A DNA stretch of 64,000 nucleotides from Eledone cirrhosa. Taxonomy: Eukaryota. The stretch spans positions 49,724,001 through 49,788,000 of the forward strand of contig OZ024740.1 of the NCBI GenBank assembly GCA_964016885.1. The letters run 5' to 3'. Positions 26,410-39,928 of the stretch are shown in pieces. Below the pieces are notes generated by a model that had not been told where the DNA came from, searched no databases, and saw nothing but the letters and a program-made list of their open reading frames with translations. How positions within the stretch are numbered: the first letter of the stretch is position 1; each line of letters starts with the position of its first letter. The position numbers were made by a program, and so were the translations under genes.

Positions 26410-27250
26410 TATGTATGTATGTATGTATGTATGTATGTATGTATGTATGTATGTATGTATTATGTGTGTATGTATGTATTATACATGCATGTGTGTATGT
26501 ATGTATATATGCATGTGTGTATGTATGTATATATGCATGTGTGTATGTATGTATTACATATGCATGTGTGTATGTATGTATATATGCATGTGTGTATGTA
26601 TGTATGTATATATGCATGTGTGTATGTATGTATTATATATGCACGTGTGTATGTATGTATATATGCATGTGTATATGTATGTATATATATGCATGTGTAT
26701 ATGTATGTATATATGCATGTGTGTATTATGTATATATGCATGTGTGTATGTATGTATATATGCATGTGTGTATGTATGTATATATGCACGTGTGTATGTA
26801 TGCATGTATGTATGTATGTGTGTTTGTATCCACGTATTTATATACATTTACATGTGTGTATGTATGTATATGTGCATGTGTGTATGTATGTATTATATAT
26901 GCATGTGTGTATGTATGTATATATGCATGTGTGTATGTATGTATATATGCATGTGTATATGTATGTATATATGCATGTATGTATGTATGTATGTATGTAT
27001 GTATATATGCACGTGTGTATGTATGCATGTATGTATGTGTGTTTGTATCCACGTATTTATATACATTTACATGTGTGTATGTATGTATATGTGCATGTGT
27101 TTATGTATGTATATATGCATGTGTGGATGTATGTATATATGTATGTGTGTATGTACGTATGCATTATGTATATAAATGTGTATGCACGTATGTACACATA
27201 CCTGCGTGCATGTATGCCATTACGCATGCATGTATGTATGTGTACATACG
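26410..27250. repeat. Higher-order minisatellite (about 22-bp ATATGCATGTGTGTATGTATGT) derived from (TGTA)n
   Basis: Direct inspection; includes a longer internal duplication. Confidence 0.9.
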
Positions 27251-27857
27251 TCACTATAGAAAAAGCCACATATTGGGTATGCATATGAATATATAAATAT
27301 ATTTAAGTATATGAAAATATATTTTCTGAATGGTCGAAACCATTCAACTATTGCAATGGTTTGTGAATTTATATAAGTTTCTATATGTGTATGTATATGT
27401 GTATATGTATATGTGTATGTATATGTGTATGTATATGTGTATGTATATATATATATATATATATGTATGAGGGGAGAGGGTTTGCGTATAAATGACGACA
27501 GCTTTTACATAAATAGTAACGCATGTGAACGAACCTAACCCCACACTAACCCTATCTGAAAGGTTAGATAGCCCACAGAGAAAGGGGCAGTAAGTGATAA
27601 ATAGATAGAGATAAAAAGAGTATAAGATTGAGAGAGAGAAAGGGAGAGAGAGGAGGGGATCAACAAAAAGAATGATGAGTGGATTCCAGATGTAAAAAAT
27701 ATACATTTCTGACGAATGGTTATTTCATCTGCCGACAGCTGGAAGATTTTGAGGATTATTATTATCAATAAATGAATATTAAATTCAAAGATTTAAAGAT
27801 TAGAATAGGTAAATGAGTCGTTTTATCTGTGTGGCTGAAAGCCTGCAGCATTACATA

Positions 27858-28496
27858 ATGGTTTCTGATTTAAGTACAAGGCCAACAGTTTTGGAAGAAC
27901 GGAAATGCGGTTACATTGATCCCAGTGCATGGTGTCCGACGTTCTACCGATGGTGCCAATCCAACTTGCAGCATTATATAATTGTTTCTACTTTAGGCAC
28001 AAGGCCAGCAATTACCCAGTGCATTACTGGTACTTTATTTTATCGACCCCGTAAGGATGAAAGGCAAAGTCAACCTCGGCGGAATTTGAACTTAGATCGT
28101 AAAGGGACGTAACTATGCTGGAAAGCATGGCGTCCGACCCTCTACCGATACTGCCAATCCACCGCCATTATAGATTAGAAGGCGGTGGATTGGCAGTATC
28201 GGTAGAGGGTCGGACGCTATGCTTTGACGCAAAGAGTTACGGCCTTTTCCATTATGAGTTCAAATCCCGCCGAGGTTAACTTTGCCTTTCATCCTTACAG
28301 GGTCGATAAAATAAAGTACCAGTAATACACTGGGTAATTGCTGGCCTTGTGCCAAAAGTAGAAACAATTATAGATTAGAATAGGTATTATATAGCATTAT
28401 ATAATTGTTTCTACTTTCGGCACAAGGCCAGCAATTATCCCAGTACATTACTGGTACTTTATTTTATCGACCCCGTAAGGATGAAAGGCAAAGTTA
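27858..28496. mobile_element. Nested cluster of four tRNA-SINE copies including a head-to-head pair
   Basis: 27979-28167 (-) and 28180-28370 (+) plus partial copies; repeated targets AGCATTATATAAT and TTATAGATTAGAA. Confidence 0.9.
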
Positions 28497-28544
28497 TAAT
28501 GATGTGTAATTTTATGGTATTTTTATTATTGAACTATATGCGTA

Positions 28545-28879
28545 CAGTGGAACCTCGATTCACAAATACCTCTCGTCATGAACAAATCGGTTCCGAACAT
28601 AAACAATTTTTCCGAACATAAAATGTCTCGGTTCACGAATGATGTCTCGAGTAACGAACACACAAGCCGGCAACAACGGTTGACAACAAGCTTGGAGTAT
28701 CGGTGGGAAAGCGTCACTTGCTATGTACTTAGTTACTATGGTGATATCTGTCTGTCTCTTACACCTTCTCTCTCCCCCCCCTCTCTCTCTCTCTGTCTCT
28801 CTTACTGTATTTCTCTGAACATTTCAGGCGACAAACGGACTTCAGGAACGAATTAAGCCCGTGAACCGCGGTTCCACTG
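28545..28879. mobile_element. Tigger/pogo-like MITE
   Basis: TIRs CAGTGGAACCTCGATTCAC / GTGAACCGCGGTTCCACTG; TA TSD. Confidence 0.9.
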
Positions 28880-28890
28880 TATATATATAC

Positions 28891-28954
<64 letters not shown>

Positions 28955-29279
28955 GTGTGTGTGTGTGTGTGTGTGTAAACACATGCAATCACAAACATAT
29001 ATCCAGGTACATTTGTGCGTGTATAGATAAATGTATATGTGCGTGTGCTTGTACATAAACAGTTTGCGGATGTATGTATTAATACATGGATAAGAAGCTA
29101 ACTTAAAGATAGTGTCGTGGCAGTGACAAGATTTCCATAAATAAAGATTATTTTATGTTTATTTTTGCGCGAGTTCTAAGTGGCGACTTGCCAAATATAT
29201 CAAGCTGAATACACACACACGCACACACACATACATACATACATGCATACATACATACATACATACATACATACATACA

Positions 29280-29312
<33 letters not shown>

Positions 29313-31777
29313 GAGTGTGTGTGTCTGTGTAATGTGTGCGTGTGGATATATATATGTGTGTATTTATGTGTGCGCAGTGCCATGGAATTGCTCAGTTTCG
29401 TGCCCGAGCGCATGTTTGACACAGCAGGAATGAGAGAATCCTGGTTCTTGTTAAGGCATCATTTTAGGAGAAGGAAAAATTCTGCTGTAAAATCTTCAAA
29501 ACTATGCCAGCCAATAATGTTCGCGGGTTCTTCTTTTTGGTTACCCGTCACCGTTGTTCAGAGAAAGTGGCTGGTCCAATGCAAGTCCTTTCTTCACTTA
29601 AACAAAAGATTCAAGCACAGGCATCACTTGGTCTAAATGACTTCCATGCGGTATTGTGTGAGCATGGCCTTTTTGTGTTGCTTTCACAGCAGCATATGCA
29701 GAAAGGAATCTAAGTCCTGTCAAGTCTAAAACATCATGTTCATGCCACCCATGTATGAGAAAAAGGTCAATGGATGGTAATTATCGAAACCGAGATACAC
29801 CTAATATTTATGTATGTTTGCATACGTATTTCTTTTTTCAAAGAATTAATTTATCCAGATGGGAAATATCAAATCCAAGTGTAAGCCACACTTAGCCCTC
29901 AACATAGATAGTAACAATTCATAGTGATGTGAATCTCCATATAGTAAGTTATTCACGGTGATTGATGCAAAGGCAGAAGATTAAATTTCCATAATTTATT
30001 GCATGATACACATTTTTCTTCTTTCCATATTCAAATTAGATTTACGTACTTACATAACCCTTCATCAAACGTAATTAGAAATTAATATGTCATCAGATGT
30101 TTGCTTCATTTTTATATGGTAGTAGTTCTTTTCACAAAAAGGAGTAACTGTGATCGTAGGAATATATCTGCATGTGTATATCACCAATGTAACTTTGATG
30201 GATAAAAAGTATAAACTTTTAAGATCGTTATAAAGCTACGATGTCCAGTATTATCAGGACAAGAAAGGAAAGGTATCTCTTTCCCTGGCACCATAGCAGA
30301 ATTTAACAATAACCCCCTAAAGCGTCTACTTTATAGCAATGTAATAGATAATAGCTAAACACTATCACGTATATGGTTTTGTTTATACAACACATAAAGA
30401 ACAAGACATGAAAAATAATAGTAGAATACGAAATAAAAAATATCAGATATAAATACAATCTATGAGGTAGAATTTGTTCGTAAAGTACAATTTGTAAATG
30501 GGAAAATAAATGAATATTAAATGCATTCATGGGTTTTATACTGAATAATAGTAATAATATTCGATTCGTTTTCCAGCAAACATCCTCATAACGCTATGTT
30601 TTAGACGACTATCATCACCCTTTTGTTCTAGCGGTAGCAGAGAGAAACCATCGACATTTGTTTCAGGGTTGTTGCCCTTTGTCAAGATTGTGTATCTCTC
30701 CTTTTCTGCCACACATTAGAAGTCTTGAGAATATATAGTATTCTCTAAAGTAGACATCGGCTGATTAACCTAATTTGCATACCGAGCGATTTTACGGCTG
30801 GCTTTGCCGAAAATTAAAAACAACATTTGTTTATTCGATGTAAAATCCACAAATGCACTTACATATCTGCTATGTTAGAGCGAAAACAAATGAATATTAG
30901 TTTAGGATGAATTTTCAGGGTAGAAGAAGATGTAAATAAATAATATTAATAAACAAATGGTAAAATAACGAATAAAGGCAACTCTTTTGTTGTATTTAGA
31001 TGTTTGGTCACTGATAATTTTCGGCCAACAGGCCATGACTTGTCAACTGTGATGGTAAAAGTATAAGTATTGAACCAGCCCATTTTCACTATATATTTGA
31101 AATGCATTGAGAGTTAATAAGTAAAGATTGTTTAATTGTTCATTATAAATATCGTTGAGGTTATCATACTAATGACAACAAAAACAATATTTTAAGTTTA
31201 CTTAATTTCGAATAAAAATTGCATATGTTATCCACTATTACGAGTATTGATGTCAAATGGAAGAGTAAAAATTTGTCTTATATGGAATTTTGCAGGTGGA
31301 ATCTGTGGAGGAATTTAGGATTGGTGCAGGTTTAACTGTCAAATATATTAGAGGTTATTTAAATATAAAAGATGATGCAATTTAGATTCTATCTGAATTA
31401 GAGCCGTGTATCTTCTTACAGTTAAAAATTATTCAGTCTGCATGCAAATCTTTGAAATTTTATGAATTTACTATTGTGAAAGGAAACATGAAAAAATCGA
31501 AAGATTCCTCGCCTAGGGAAATTTCCTACGTGCAAGTTATATATTATTTCCTTCCCCTGACCCCTAGCCAGTATAGATACACCTACCATTCTCTTGTTGC
31601 CCCACCTACCCACTCTTCCCTCCCCATCTTCTCCCCTAACCCAGCGCAAGATCTCCCAGCCAGCCTATCACCATGAAACATTTGATCATAGTACTACCAA
31701 GCTAGCTAGTGACTACACCCATGAAAAGGCTTGCTGAACACAAGTCAAAACCGTTTGGTGTCGCAGTCGGGTTTATA

Positions 31778-31865
<88 letters not shown>

Positions 31866-32091
31866 CATATCTATCTATCTATCTATCTATCTATATATAT
31901 ATATGAAAAATTCGGGCTCCCGATGGCTGAGCTCCAGCTGTTTCAACAGCTAGATCCGAACTCGGATCTAGCTGCTGAAATGGCTGGAGCTCTGCCGTCG
32001 GGGTCCCGACATTTTCATATTACCCACTCTACTACCCCAAATATCGAGTACTCTAGTGAATAATGGTCTAACTGGCTTTTACCGCCTCCAT

Positions 32092-32130
<39 letters not shown>

Positions 32131-32131
<1 letters not shown>

Positions 32132-32486
32132 GATATTAAATAAATGGAAACTATATTTATAAAACCATATTTATTTCATTATATATATTTCAGGGATATC
32201 ATATTAAAAATATGTTATGTCTTCTTCAGACAAAATACAATATAAACAGTCTTATAAATAGATAGATTCGACATACCTTTCAACTTCGACTTCTATTTGA
32301 AAAGTTGATTTGGTAGTGGAAAAAATATTAGGGACAGTTATAAAAAGAAAGAAAGAAAAAACGAAGAAAAAGAAGAAATGCACGTAACTAAATAGAGAGA
32401 GATAGATATAGAGAGATAGATAGAGAGAAGAAATTCATGTAAAGAAACAGAGAGAGATATATAGAGAGAGGAAAAAACACAGAGGG

Positions 32487-32529
<43 letters not shown>

Positions 32530-33178
32530 AGGAGAGAGAGAGAGAGAGAAAATATAGAGAGATAGATATAGATAGAGATAGAGAGAAAGAAAATAGGTAG
32601 TTGTGCACCAGTTGAATGACGTATCAATGATATATTTATTTATTTATTTATCTATTTAGCTCTAGTATCAATGTAGAGAGAGATATATGTGGTTAAGAGA
32701 GAACAACTGGTGCACAACTACCTATTTTCTTTCTCTCTATCTCTATCTATATCTATCTTTCTATATTTTCTCTCTCTCTCTCTCTCTCTCTCCTCTCTTC
32801 TCTCTCTCTCTATCTATCTCCCTCTGTGTTTTTTCCTCTCTCTCTATATATCTCTCTCTGTTTCTTTACATGAATTTCTTCTCTCTATCTATCTCTCTAT
32901 ATCTATCTCTCTCTATTTAGTTACATGCATTTCTTCTTTTTCTTCGTTTTTTCTTTCTTTCTTTTTATAACTGTCCCTAATATTTTTTCCACTACCAAAT
33001 CAACTTTTCAAATAGAAGTCGAAGTTGAAAGGTATGTCGAATCTATCTATTTATAAGACTGTTTATATTGTATTTTGTCTGAAGAAGGCATAACATATTT
33101 TTAATATGATATCCCTGAAATATATATAATGAAATAAATATGGTTTTATAAATATAGTTTCCATTTATTTAATATCGT
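32131..33178. mobile_element. Large fold-back PLE-type end (arms about 32131-32614 and 32704-33178), one HHR per arm
   Basis: About 480-bp near-identical inverted arms; related to 23434-23580. Confidence 0.9.
33071..33136 (+). ncRNA. Type I hammerhead ribozyme (mirror copy at 32172-32237, minus)
   Basis: TATTTTGT-CTGAAGA-AGG..CCT-GAAA-TATATA-TA-ATGAAATA; palindromic stem III. Confidence 0.85.
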
Positions 33179-33263
33179 AAATATACTCCAAATACTTGTT
33201 GAGTGCTTTTATATCAGTTATAAATATTTACTCGTTGTTAACCCAACAATTTAAATAAAACTT

Positions 33264-33300
<37 letters not shown>

Positions 33301-33471
33301 TATATATATATATATAACGAAGGAGTTGTGGTAAGGAACCAGATGGACCATAACGCACCAGAGTACTCAATGCTTAGGCTAGTAGAGTGGGTAATAGGAA
33401 AATGTATGACCCCGACGGCAGAACTCCAGCCGAAACGGCCTGAGCTCTGCCGTCGGGGTCATACATTTTCC

Positions 33472-33543
<72 letters not shown>

Positions 33544-33834
33544 TGTGTGTGTGTCTGTGTGTGTCTGTTTCTGTGTGTGTAATACCGGTGTGCGTATGAT
33601 TATTTCAATTTTATTTTATTTTCATATATTTATCTTTTTTATACTAATTTCAGATTTCATATCCAAAATTGTAATAAGAGAGATTGTTATTTGAAAACAC
33701 GCCATCTTTTCCAGATGCTTGTTCTACTGAGTAAATTTTACTACAAATAAACTAACACTATTTTATGAAACATCGAGACAATCGCATGGAAGACACTAAT
33801 GAGAACACTCACACGCGCACACACATATATATAC

Positions 33835-33879
<45 letters not shown>

Positions 33880-34381
33880 GTGAGCGAGAGAGAGTATTTT
33901 GTATATATTTTGCAAGAAATTTCATGTGAGACCATGTGTTGCAATCAATATTTTTGTATTTCGTGAGAGACATATTGCTAATTAATGAAACACATATTAG
34001 GTATCGTCCATTCCTTCATAATTCACTTCTGTATTCTTAACTAACACGTTTAATACTTGCGTGATCTTACCCAGCTCTGTCATTAGTTAAAAATAAAGAA
34101 GTTGGCTACAGCCAGGTTGTGTATTATTAATTAACAAAAAAAAAAAATTGCACCACTATATACAACGAATATATATATATATATATAATATATATAATAG
34201 CTTTCACCGTATTTTTGACTAAAGAAATTTTAGCCTGATAATGGGGTTTAGAACCCTCAAAAATACGGTGAAAGCTATTCTATTTTCTAATTTCAAACAT
34301 GCTCACTGTTTCAAAACATACTTACTTGTCATTTATACTCGCTAAGAATGTAGCTTCTAATTTGAATGGAAGGTGATGGGT

Positions 34382-34452
34382 GATGTGTTGGTGTAATGGT
34401 AGCACAGTGGTCTCGATAACCAAAGATGTGGATTCGACTCCCATGTACGTCA
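34382..34452 (+). tRNA. tRNA-like cloverleaf embedded in repeat family T (probably not a translational tRNA)
   Basis: Acceptor GATGTGT/GTACGTC, D arm GTGT/GCAC, anticodon loop CTCGATA, T loop TTCGACT; boxes A and B present. Confidence 0.65.
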
Positions 34453-34588
34453 ATACTCATCTTTTTCCATTTATCTGAAGGTTCTAAACCCCATTATCAG
34501 GCTAAAATTTCTTTAGTCAAAAATACGGTGAAAGCTATTATATTTTCTAATTTCAAACCTGCTCACTGTTTCAAAACATACTTACTTT

Positions 34589-34658
<70 letters not shown>

Positions 34659-34725
34659 TTATTCCGGGTTGAGTCGGAGGAAACCACAGTAAGTAAGGTA
34701 CTCAATATATAGCATATATATATAT

Positions 34726-34984
34726 AAAGTGAACAACACAAAATATAACTACTCCATTACCAAAGGTTTCTGGATCACAGACAATACTAATATATGTCTG
34801 GATCGGTCATCAGACAGATAACATCTCTGTCTGATGAACGATCCAGACATATATTAATATTGTCTGGGATCCAGAAACCTTTGGTAATGGAGTAGTTATA
34901 TTTTGTGGTCACTTTCTAATTAAATAGCTCTGTTCTATACATAGAGCACTCTTATTTCCTTTGCTTTTCCTTCGGAATTACCTA

Positions 34985-34986
<2 letters not shown>
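34726..34986. mobile_element. Fold-back element, family H, with two opposed HHRs
   Basis: Centre about 34821; arms about 95 bp. Confidence 0.9.
34825..34892 (+). ncRNA. Type I hammerhead-like motif with 3-bp stem III (mirror at 34752-34819)
   Basis: CTCTGT-CTGATGA-stem II-GAAA-CC TTT GG-TA-ATGGAG; base of stem II mismatched. Confidence 0.7.
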
Positions 34987-35016
<30 letters not shown>

Positions 35017-35048
35017 GTATATGTGTGTATATGTGTATATATATACTG

Positions 35049-35081
<33 letters not shown>

Positions 35082-35111
35082 ATGCTCTAGCTTCGAATAT
35101 GCTGTACTTCC

Positions 35112-35156
<45 letters not shown>

Positions 35157-35158
<2 letters not shown>

Positions 35159-35854
35159 AGAGTATTGAAGTTTGCTTGAAGCATTGTGGAATAAGTAAAT
35201 ATATTTAAGTCGCTTGGAAGCCTCGACAATGCAAATGGGTAAATCTCCGGGTAACAAGATCCGGTAGTGGAGAGAGAGATGTAAGTGTGTGTATGTTGAG
35301 ATGCGTGGTGTGTATGAGATGTGTAGAAGAATGAAGGAAAGAGTATAAAGGATAAAATAAAATAACAACACGAGAGAGAGTTACCTTGGGAGAGATTTAA
35401 TAGTCCTTATATATTTCGGATTCACATCCATCAACTGGGGGTTTTTCCGGGGTGGGGGAAAGGTTGTCTGTCGGACAAGTGCGAAACGCGTCCTCCGCTG
35501 TTTGTTGTTTTGAATATCGAAACATATTCAAACGATATTCAAAACAACAAACAGCGGAGGACGCGTTTCGCACTTGTCCGACAGACAACCTTTCCCCCAC
35601 CCCGGAAAAACCCACAGTTGATGGATGTGAATCCGAAATATATAGGGACTATTAAATCTCTCCCAAGGTAACTCTCTCTCGTGTTGTTATTTTATTTTAT
35701 CCTTTATACTCTTTCCTTCATTCTTCTACACATCTCATACACACCACGCATCTCAACATACACAAACTTACATCTATCTCTCCACCACCGGATCTTGTTA
35801 CCCGGAGATTTACCCATTTGCATTGTCGAGGCTTCCAAACGACTTAAAGATATT

Positions 35855-35857
<3 letters not shown>
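35157..35857. mobile_element. Fold-back element with about 320-bp arms in (TA)n
   Basis: 35202-35517 is the reverse complement of 35533-35857; contains GAAACGCGTC. Confidence 0.9.
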
Positions 35858-35899
<42 letters not shown>

Positions 35900-36122
35900 C
35901 TACTGTGGAACTATTGTCAGCTTGCCTGACGGTTTGAACTTTACAACACTGCCTGCCTCTTTGAGGTCAAATACCAACCTACTACCACCTACAAACTGAC
36001 CAATGAGAATCAAGACTATTCCTGCTGACAACATCAAAGTATTCCTAACAAGCTCATATGTCCCAAGGCACTGATACCATCAACACTATACACACAGAGC
36101 TGGCATATCTAAGAACTGACTA

Positions 36123-36178
36123 ACTGCCCGATGAGGTCATAGCCATTCAATGGCTATCATCGAAATATATATAGCAGT
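36123..36178 (+). ncRNA. Type I hammerhead ribozyme
   Basis: ACTGC-CCGATGA-GGT.ATAGCCAT..ATGGCTAT.ATC-GAAA-TATATA-TA-GCAGT. Confidence 0.85.
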
Positions 36179-36293
36179 AAATAAAGGATTATGAGTTCAT
36201 GCAATTGACTTATGTTTCGTCACTATATATATATATATAAAATAAAGTAATTAAGTCAAATATTTAAGATTTGGCTTCATGTATTAAAGATGT

Positions 36294-36348
36294 ACTGCTA
36301 TATCTATTTCGGTGACAGCCATCATTGGCTGTGACCTCTTCAGGCAGT
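36294..36348 (-). ncRNA. Type I hammerhead ribozyme
   Basis: ACTGC-CTGAAGA-GGT.ACAGCCA..TGGCTGT.ACC-GAAA-TAGATA-TA-GCAGT. Confidence 0.85.
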
Positions 36349-36386
36349 TCGAATTGGTGTGGTAGAGACAGGTACACATGTTGTTA

Positions 36387-36540
36387 AAGTGTTTTACTCC
36401 GTCAATACTCCGATATGTCCTGCTCCTGGTTGCGTTGTTATTTCTCTGAGGAACTGGAATCATATGATTCAAGTTCCTCAGAGAAATAACAACGCAACCA
36501 GGAGCTGGACATATCGGAGTATTGACGGAGTAAAACACTT
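36387..36540. repeat. Approximately 150-bp palindrome centred on CATATG, followed by (TAC)n
   Basis: AAGTGTTTTACTCCGTCAA ... TTGACGGAGTAAAACACTT. Confidence 0.9.
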
Positions 36541-36541
36541 T

Positions 36542-36601
<60 letters not shown>

Positions 36602-37927
36602 AGTGATAATTTTGTAATCAACTACACCCAATTGCTAACAAAATATAAGTTCGCTTAACGTAGCCAATCAAAAACAAGATGCCAATGCAAATAATAATAA
36701 CGATAATAATAATGATTTCCACTATAGGCACAAGGCCAGCAATTTCTTTTTTGGGGGCGGGGGCGATTAAATCGACCCCAGTGCATTACTGGTGATTTAT
36801 TTTATCGACTCCGTAAAGATAAAAGGCAAAGATAACCTCGACAGGAAAGCAAAAGCAAAAACCAGAATAAGTAGAACGATAATAATTAAAACCATGACCG
36901 CATATATAATATCTATAGCATCAATTATAATTGCAATTGTAATAACTTAAGCAACTGCCCATTAGACGGTAAATGACTAACTAAGGAGATCGTATATAAA
37001 TATGTAAGTCAGCTCCTAATTAATCAAGTCCCATATTGGCTAAGCGGCAAATAGTTTTAAAGCACGATAATATTCACATATAAACTCGTTTAAAAGTCCA
37101 GTTTAAAATATCACGGGTTGAATACCAAAACATTGTTTTATTTATTCCAGATTATTCAACAACGTTCGTTATACATTTTCACTCCAATCTTATTAAGTAC
37201 CACATACTATGTTCCATATTTCATAATTATCCGGAGATCAACCACGAGACATTTGTGAATTTGTGCATTTTCAGCTTCCAGTTACAATAAATGTTTAAGA
37301 GTTTACACACCCATATACACGGACGCGCAAACACACATAAGCATACACACACACACACTCGCACACACACATACATATATAATATACATACACACACACT
37401 TAGGCAACCACATATATTTGTCCGGTAATTGTTTCAAGATAAATTTATGAATGTGTGTAGGATATAAATGCCGAAAAGTAAGATTGAGTGTTTGTTTGTG
37501 TGTTTCTGTAAGCCTGTATGTGCATGTGTGTGTATAGCTGTGAAAGTAATTTAAATTGTATCTCTTCCTTAAAACAGGTCTTATCTAACGATGAAGTTAC
37601 TTTGATTATTTTTCTGTTTTGGATGAGTTTATTTTTCAGGATAAAAGAAAACAACAACAAAAGTAACAACAACGTAAAATCTGTTTTGACTTTATCGATA
37701 ACTATTTAATAGATGAATTAAATGCAGCATATTTACTTCTGAATTTACTTTAATCTTTTAAATATCAAGTTGTATTCTGCATACATAATATATATCACTG
37801 ACTTGTATTAGATATTTGAAACCATACATACAAGTATACATACATACATGCATACATACATACATATACATACACACACATACACACACACATATATATA
37901 CATATATATACATATATATATACATTT

Positions 37928-38024
<97 letters not shown>

Positions 38025-38089
38025 TATATGTATGTATATATGTATTTATATATATATATATATATATTTATTGTATATATATGTATATG

Positions 38090-38164
<75 letters not shown>

Positions 38165-38172
<8 letters not shown>

Positions 38173-39113
38173 AGATCAAAAGATGGTTAAAGGAGTTCCA
38201 TGTATTTTATTATGCGCATTTCAAAAACAAACATCATCATGCAATAATATTTGTGTTTTCATCAGATAAAACAGGAGAACATGATATGAAGGCTAAAAAA
38301 CACTTGTGGATAGTGCAGTTTTAAATCAACATATGAAAAGTGGTTTTAGATTGATGTGTGATATTGGGAAAAATATTTTATTTAGAGAGGGGGGGTGGAA
38401 GGAAAAAGGGGAGGAGATGAGAGTGAAGGTGGAGAGGGAGAGATGGGTGATAGAGAGAAAGAGATAGTTTTTATAACTGAGAGAAGATATATTGTTTTAC
38501 ATAGAGAGGTTGAAAACCGTTGGAAGATAATGTATAAATTAAAAGAATTTGAAAATTAACGAAGGGAAAAATATGTACGAGGAAAAAATATTTTATTTAG
38601 GGAGGGGGGTGGAAAGGATGAAAAAAGGGGGAGGAGATGAGAGTGAAGGTGGAGAGGGAGAGATGGGTGATAGAGAGAAAGAGATAGTTTTTATAACTGA
38701 GAAAAGATATATTGTTTTACATAGAGAGGTTGAGAACCGTTGGAAGATAATGTATAAATTAAAAGAATTTGAAAATTAACGAAGGGAAAAATATGTACGA
38801 GGAAAGAGAGGGAGTTGATATGTATGAAGATAGAGAGAAAAAATAATAATTGCGGATGAATATTCTAACGTCAAAAGGTGTATGTTTATAAGTATTGTGG
38901 CAATTTCAAAATTAACGAAGACAAAAAATTATTAAGGTTTGTGTGTAGAAGGATTTGAGAAAAATAATGTGAAGTTAAAGTTTGTATATTGAAGGAATTG
39001 ATAATATGTGCGAAGAAAGAGTTAATATTAATTGCATGATGATGTTTGTTTTTGAAATGCGCATAATAAAATACATGGAACTCCTTTAACCATCTGTTGA
39101 TCTTATATATTAT
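38165..39113 (-). mobile_element. PLE-type 3' end with an inverted truncated copy (39031-39113) and an internal ~220-bp tandem duplication
   Basis: Arms 38165-38245 and 39031-39113; (TA)n flank. Confidence 0.8.
38203..38273 (-). ncRNA. Canonical type I hammerhead ribozyme
   Basis: TGTTTTAT-CTGATGA-about 15-bp stem II-GAAA-TGCGCA-TA-ATAAAATA. Confidence 0.9.
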
Positions 39114-39196
39114 GTATACTCCAGTCCTACAAACTGTAGAGTGCTTCTTATCCGATATCTGCATTGCTTTATTGTACTACAATAAAACTCACCTCC

Positions 39197-39345
<149 letters not shown>

Positions 39346-39771
39346 ATATATATATATATAAATTGTACTTTGCTTGAAGTGTTGTTGAATAGAAAATAGA
39401 AATTTAAATGATTTTGGAAACACTAAGTGCATTAGAAAATTAAAAGTGCCAAGATAACTATAGAATCTTACCTTAGCAAATTTAATAACCCAAATATTTT
39501 CGGGTTTAAAAACTCATTATCAAGGGAGTATTCCTGTGAAGGTCTTAAAGGAGCGATCGGAGATGAGTTGTTAGGAATGCAGATTTAAGTTAAATTTAAA
39601 TTATATATATATATATATAAATTTATTTAACTACTCTGTAAAACAACTGATGTTCTTACATTGAGCTATTTCTCTTACTGGTAATAAGGTAATTAAGAAA
39701 TGACTGACCTTCCTGTTTATAGTTGTTTATACTATATACATAACTATAAATAGTATTATATATATATATAT

Positions 39772-39837
<66 letters not shown>

Positions 39838-39893
39838 CATAGAACAATGAAGAAATATATTAGTTTAACGTTCGCTTGATATAGTAGGAAAAG

Positions 39894-39928
39894 ACTTTAC
39901 GTTTCGGGCACTTGCACTTCATCAGAAT
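39894..39928 (-). ncRNA. Minimal PLE-type hammerhead ribozyme
   Basis: CTGATGA-A-GTGC(AAGT)GCCC-GAAA-CG-TA; flanks are related to 15997-16160, where the motif is missing. Confidence 0.7.

Noticed and set aside
26345-27296. Long ORFs of 276-300 aa in all frames
   Set aside because: Translations of a stop-poor (TGTA)-based minisatellite.
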